A stretch of 59,223 nucleotides of DNA, the filler included. It is 8 parts of 8 records of this genome, joined end to end, with 100 filler letters (N's around TTAATTAATTAA, not from the genome) between each part and the next. Parts side by side here need not be neighbours in the genome. Positions count along the whole stretch, not along the records: positions 51,146 to 59,223 come from SRR31156797_24394; 7 more parts are not named here. One strand, 5' to 3'. The position numbers and the translations under genes are program-made. Under the pieces are notes generated by a model. It was not told where the DNA came from. It was given only the letters and a program-made list of their open reading frames with translations, and ran no database searches. Below, piece after piece: positions 57,768-59,223 of this stretch (positions are counted from its first letter, which is position 1; the number at the start of each line of letters is the position of its first letter).

Positions 57768-58169
57768 ATGGACGCAAAAAACATTAAGGATGTTGAAGGC
57801 ATCAAAGTTCAGCAAATTGGCTACAAAGGTGAAAACCACGAAGTAAAAGGCGTGACCATCCGCTGGCTCTCCAAATCCGGTCAGGATGAAAACGGACAGC
57901 CCGAATACGGCCTGCGTCACTTTACTGTTGAACCGGGCGGAGAAATCCCGGCCCACAACCACTTCTATCTCCAGACAGTCTATGTGGAAAAAGGCCAGTT
58001 CGAATGCTTCGCTTACGACCCAGAAACCGATGAAGTAGTTGAAAGCAAAATCTGCGGTCCCGGAGACTTCGCTTTTTCCGATTGTATGGAACCGCACGGC
58101 ATGCGCAACACCAGCGAGACTGAAGAAGCGACCTTCCTCTGCTGCATAGGCTGTGTTTACGACAAATAA
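57768..58169 (+). CDS. Cupin domain protein
   Basis: 'LRHFTVEPGGEIPAHNH...Q', 'PGDF...EPHG' cupin motifs. Confidence 0.88.
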   Translation: MDAKNIKDVEGIKVQQIGYKGENHEVKGVTIRWLSKSGQDENGQPEYGLRHFTVEPGGEIPAHNHFYLQTVYVEKGQFECFAYDPETDEVVESKICGPGDFAFSDCMEPHGMRNTSETEEATFLCCIGCVYDK

Positions 58170-58201
58170 CCTTCACAATTCAAACTGCACTTTAAAATAA
58201 A

Positions 58202-58236
58202 AGAAGGCCCGCTCAGTATCATGACGGGCCTTCTTC
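58202..58236. terminator. Probable terminator between the cupin gene and ribB
   Basis: AGAAGGCCCG...CGGGCCTTCT inverted repeat. Confidence 0.65.
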
Positions 58237-58323
58237 CTTGAGATGTCGGTGTTGATCCAAATTGCCGGTTTGAATCAGGAGTTAGAGTGTCAATTCTGGA
58301 AAACTGCTTGCCTTAATTATACA

Positions 58324-58977
58324 TTATGATGCTTTTTTAGCAAGCTGAATTCTATAATTAATTATGTCGTCTACAGTCAGCACGGGCATATCGTGCTTCT
58401 GGCCGAAATCAACAATATCCGGCAGCCGTGCCATAGTCCCGTCAGGGTTGGTCAGCTCACAGAGAACACCGCAGGGATTGAGGCCCGCAAGGGTCATCAT
58501 ATCCACAGTGGCTTCGGTGTGCCCTTCTCTTTCCAGAACACCGCCGGCCCGTGCCCGCAAGGGGAACACATGTCCAGGCTTGTGCAAGTCAGCAGGCTGG
58601 GCACCATCGGCAATGGCAGCCTTTACGGTGGTTACACGGTCAGCTGCGGAAACACCGGTGGTCACGCCCTCAGCGGCTTCGATAGTGACTGTGAATCCGG
58701 TCTGATAGCGACTGGAGTTAGACTCAACCATCATGGGCAGGCCAAGCTGCTGAGTCTTTTCCTCGGTCAGGCACAGGCAGACAATACCACTGCATTCGCG
58801 GATCATCATAGCCATCTGCTCATCACTAAGCATTTCGGCAGAAAAAATAAGATCGCCTTCGTTCTCGCGACTTTCATTATCAGTCACAAGAATTCCACGA
58901 CCTTCACGCAATGCCTGAAGACCTTTCTCCACCCTCTCAACAGGGGTGCCATACTGGGATAATAGATTCTGATTCAT
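58324..58977 (-). CDS. ribB: 3,4-dihydroxy-2-butanone-4-phosphate synthase
   Basis: 'RENEGDLIF', 'SGIVCL', '[11 protein letters not shown]', 'PGHVFPL', 'GHTEA', 'CE...DGTMAR'. Confidence 0.96.
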   Translation of the reverse strand: MNQNLLSQYGTPVERVEKGLQALREGRGILVTDNESRENEGDLIFSAEMLSDEQMAMMIRECSGIVCLCLTEEKTQQLGLPMMVESNSSRYQTGFTVTIEAAEGVTTGVSAADRVTTVKAAIADGAQPADLHKPGHVFPLRARAGGVLEREGHTEATVDMMTLAGLNPCGVLCELTNPDGTMARLPDIVDFGQKHDMPVLTVDDIINYRIQLAKKAS

Positions 58978-59087
58978 GGTAAATCTCCATATTACAGTTA
59001 CCAGAATCAGGGCGATAGAATAGACAGCTGTCCACTAAGGAACAGCGCGCAAGTGTAGGGAAGACCACGTGCGGTAAGACTGTCTCA

Positions 59088-59223
59088 CTCTCTTTCATCC
59101 GGACTTTAACCGTCGGCTCCGGAGTTTCACCGGATCTGCTGACCCTTTTCACCGATTGAAAAGGCGCTCGCGGGCTGTCTTTAAAACTTAAAGAATCACC
59201 GCCGGTGGGGAATTTCACCCCGC
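59088..59223 (-). ncRNA. FMN riboswitch (RFN element), 5' end clipped
   Basis: Minus strand GCGGGGTGAAATTCCCCACCGGCGGT...AGCCCGCGAGC...GATCCGGTGAAACTCCGGAGCCGACGGTTAAAGTCCGGATGAAAGAGA upstream of ribB. Confidence 0.96.

Overview
This window is not one locus. It joins eight unrelated contigs with 100-nt spacers (N runs around TTAATTAATTAA) and looks like an anoxic-sediment metagenome; the taxonomic labels below are inferred from composition and protein similarity. (1) 1-8488, Clostridia-like: TetR, a divergent Opp/Dpp-type ABC transporter, a SnoaL/NTF2 enzyme and a partial pfk. (2) 8589-17729: a ~9.1-kb element integrated in tRNA-Arg(ACG), carrying a type III restriction-modification system, small HTH/Xis genes, a DUF6076-like gene and a tyrosine integrase. 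(3) 17830-24047, low-GC Firmicute: an accessory gene array next to a Tn3 transposase stub interrupted by an IS200/IS605-type end. (4) 24148-29517, Bacteroidota: MFS, ThuA, lipase, histidine phosphatase, VOC and miaB. (5) 29618-34753, Fusobacteria-like: pstCAB-phoU-phoBR. (6) 34854-43802, Clostridia: an AraC / twin-ABC / ECF uptake module. (7) 43903-51045, Desulfobacterota: cobT, then an ArsR-led operon hiding two in-frame UGA selenoproteins that the ORF track splits or truncates, plus a GcvH-like gene. It faces a CobW-PadR-ABC operon whose CobW may end in Sec-Cys. (8) 51146-59223, Desulfovibrionaceae: nifN, nifB, nifA, DoxX/rhodanese, SRP RNA, a cupin and ribB with an FMN riboswitch. The strongest discovery candidate is the selenoprotein/corrinoid cluster in contig 7; the tRNA-Arg defence element is second.
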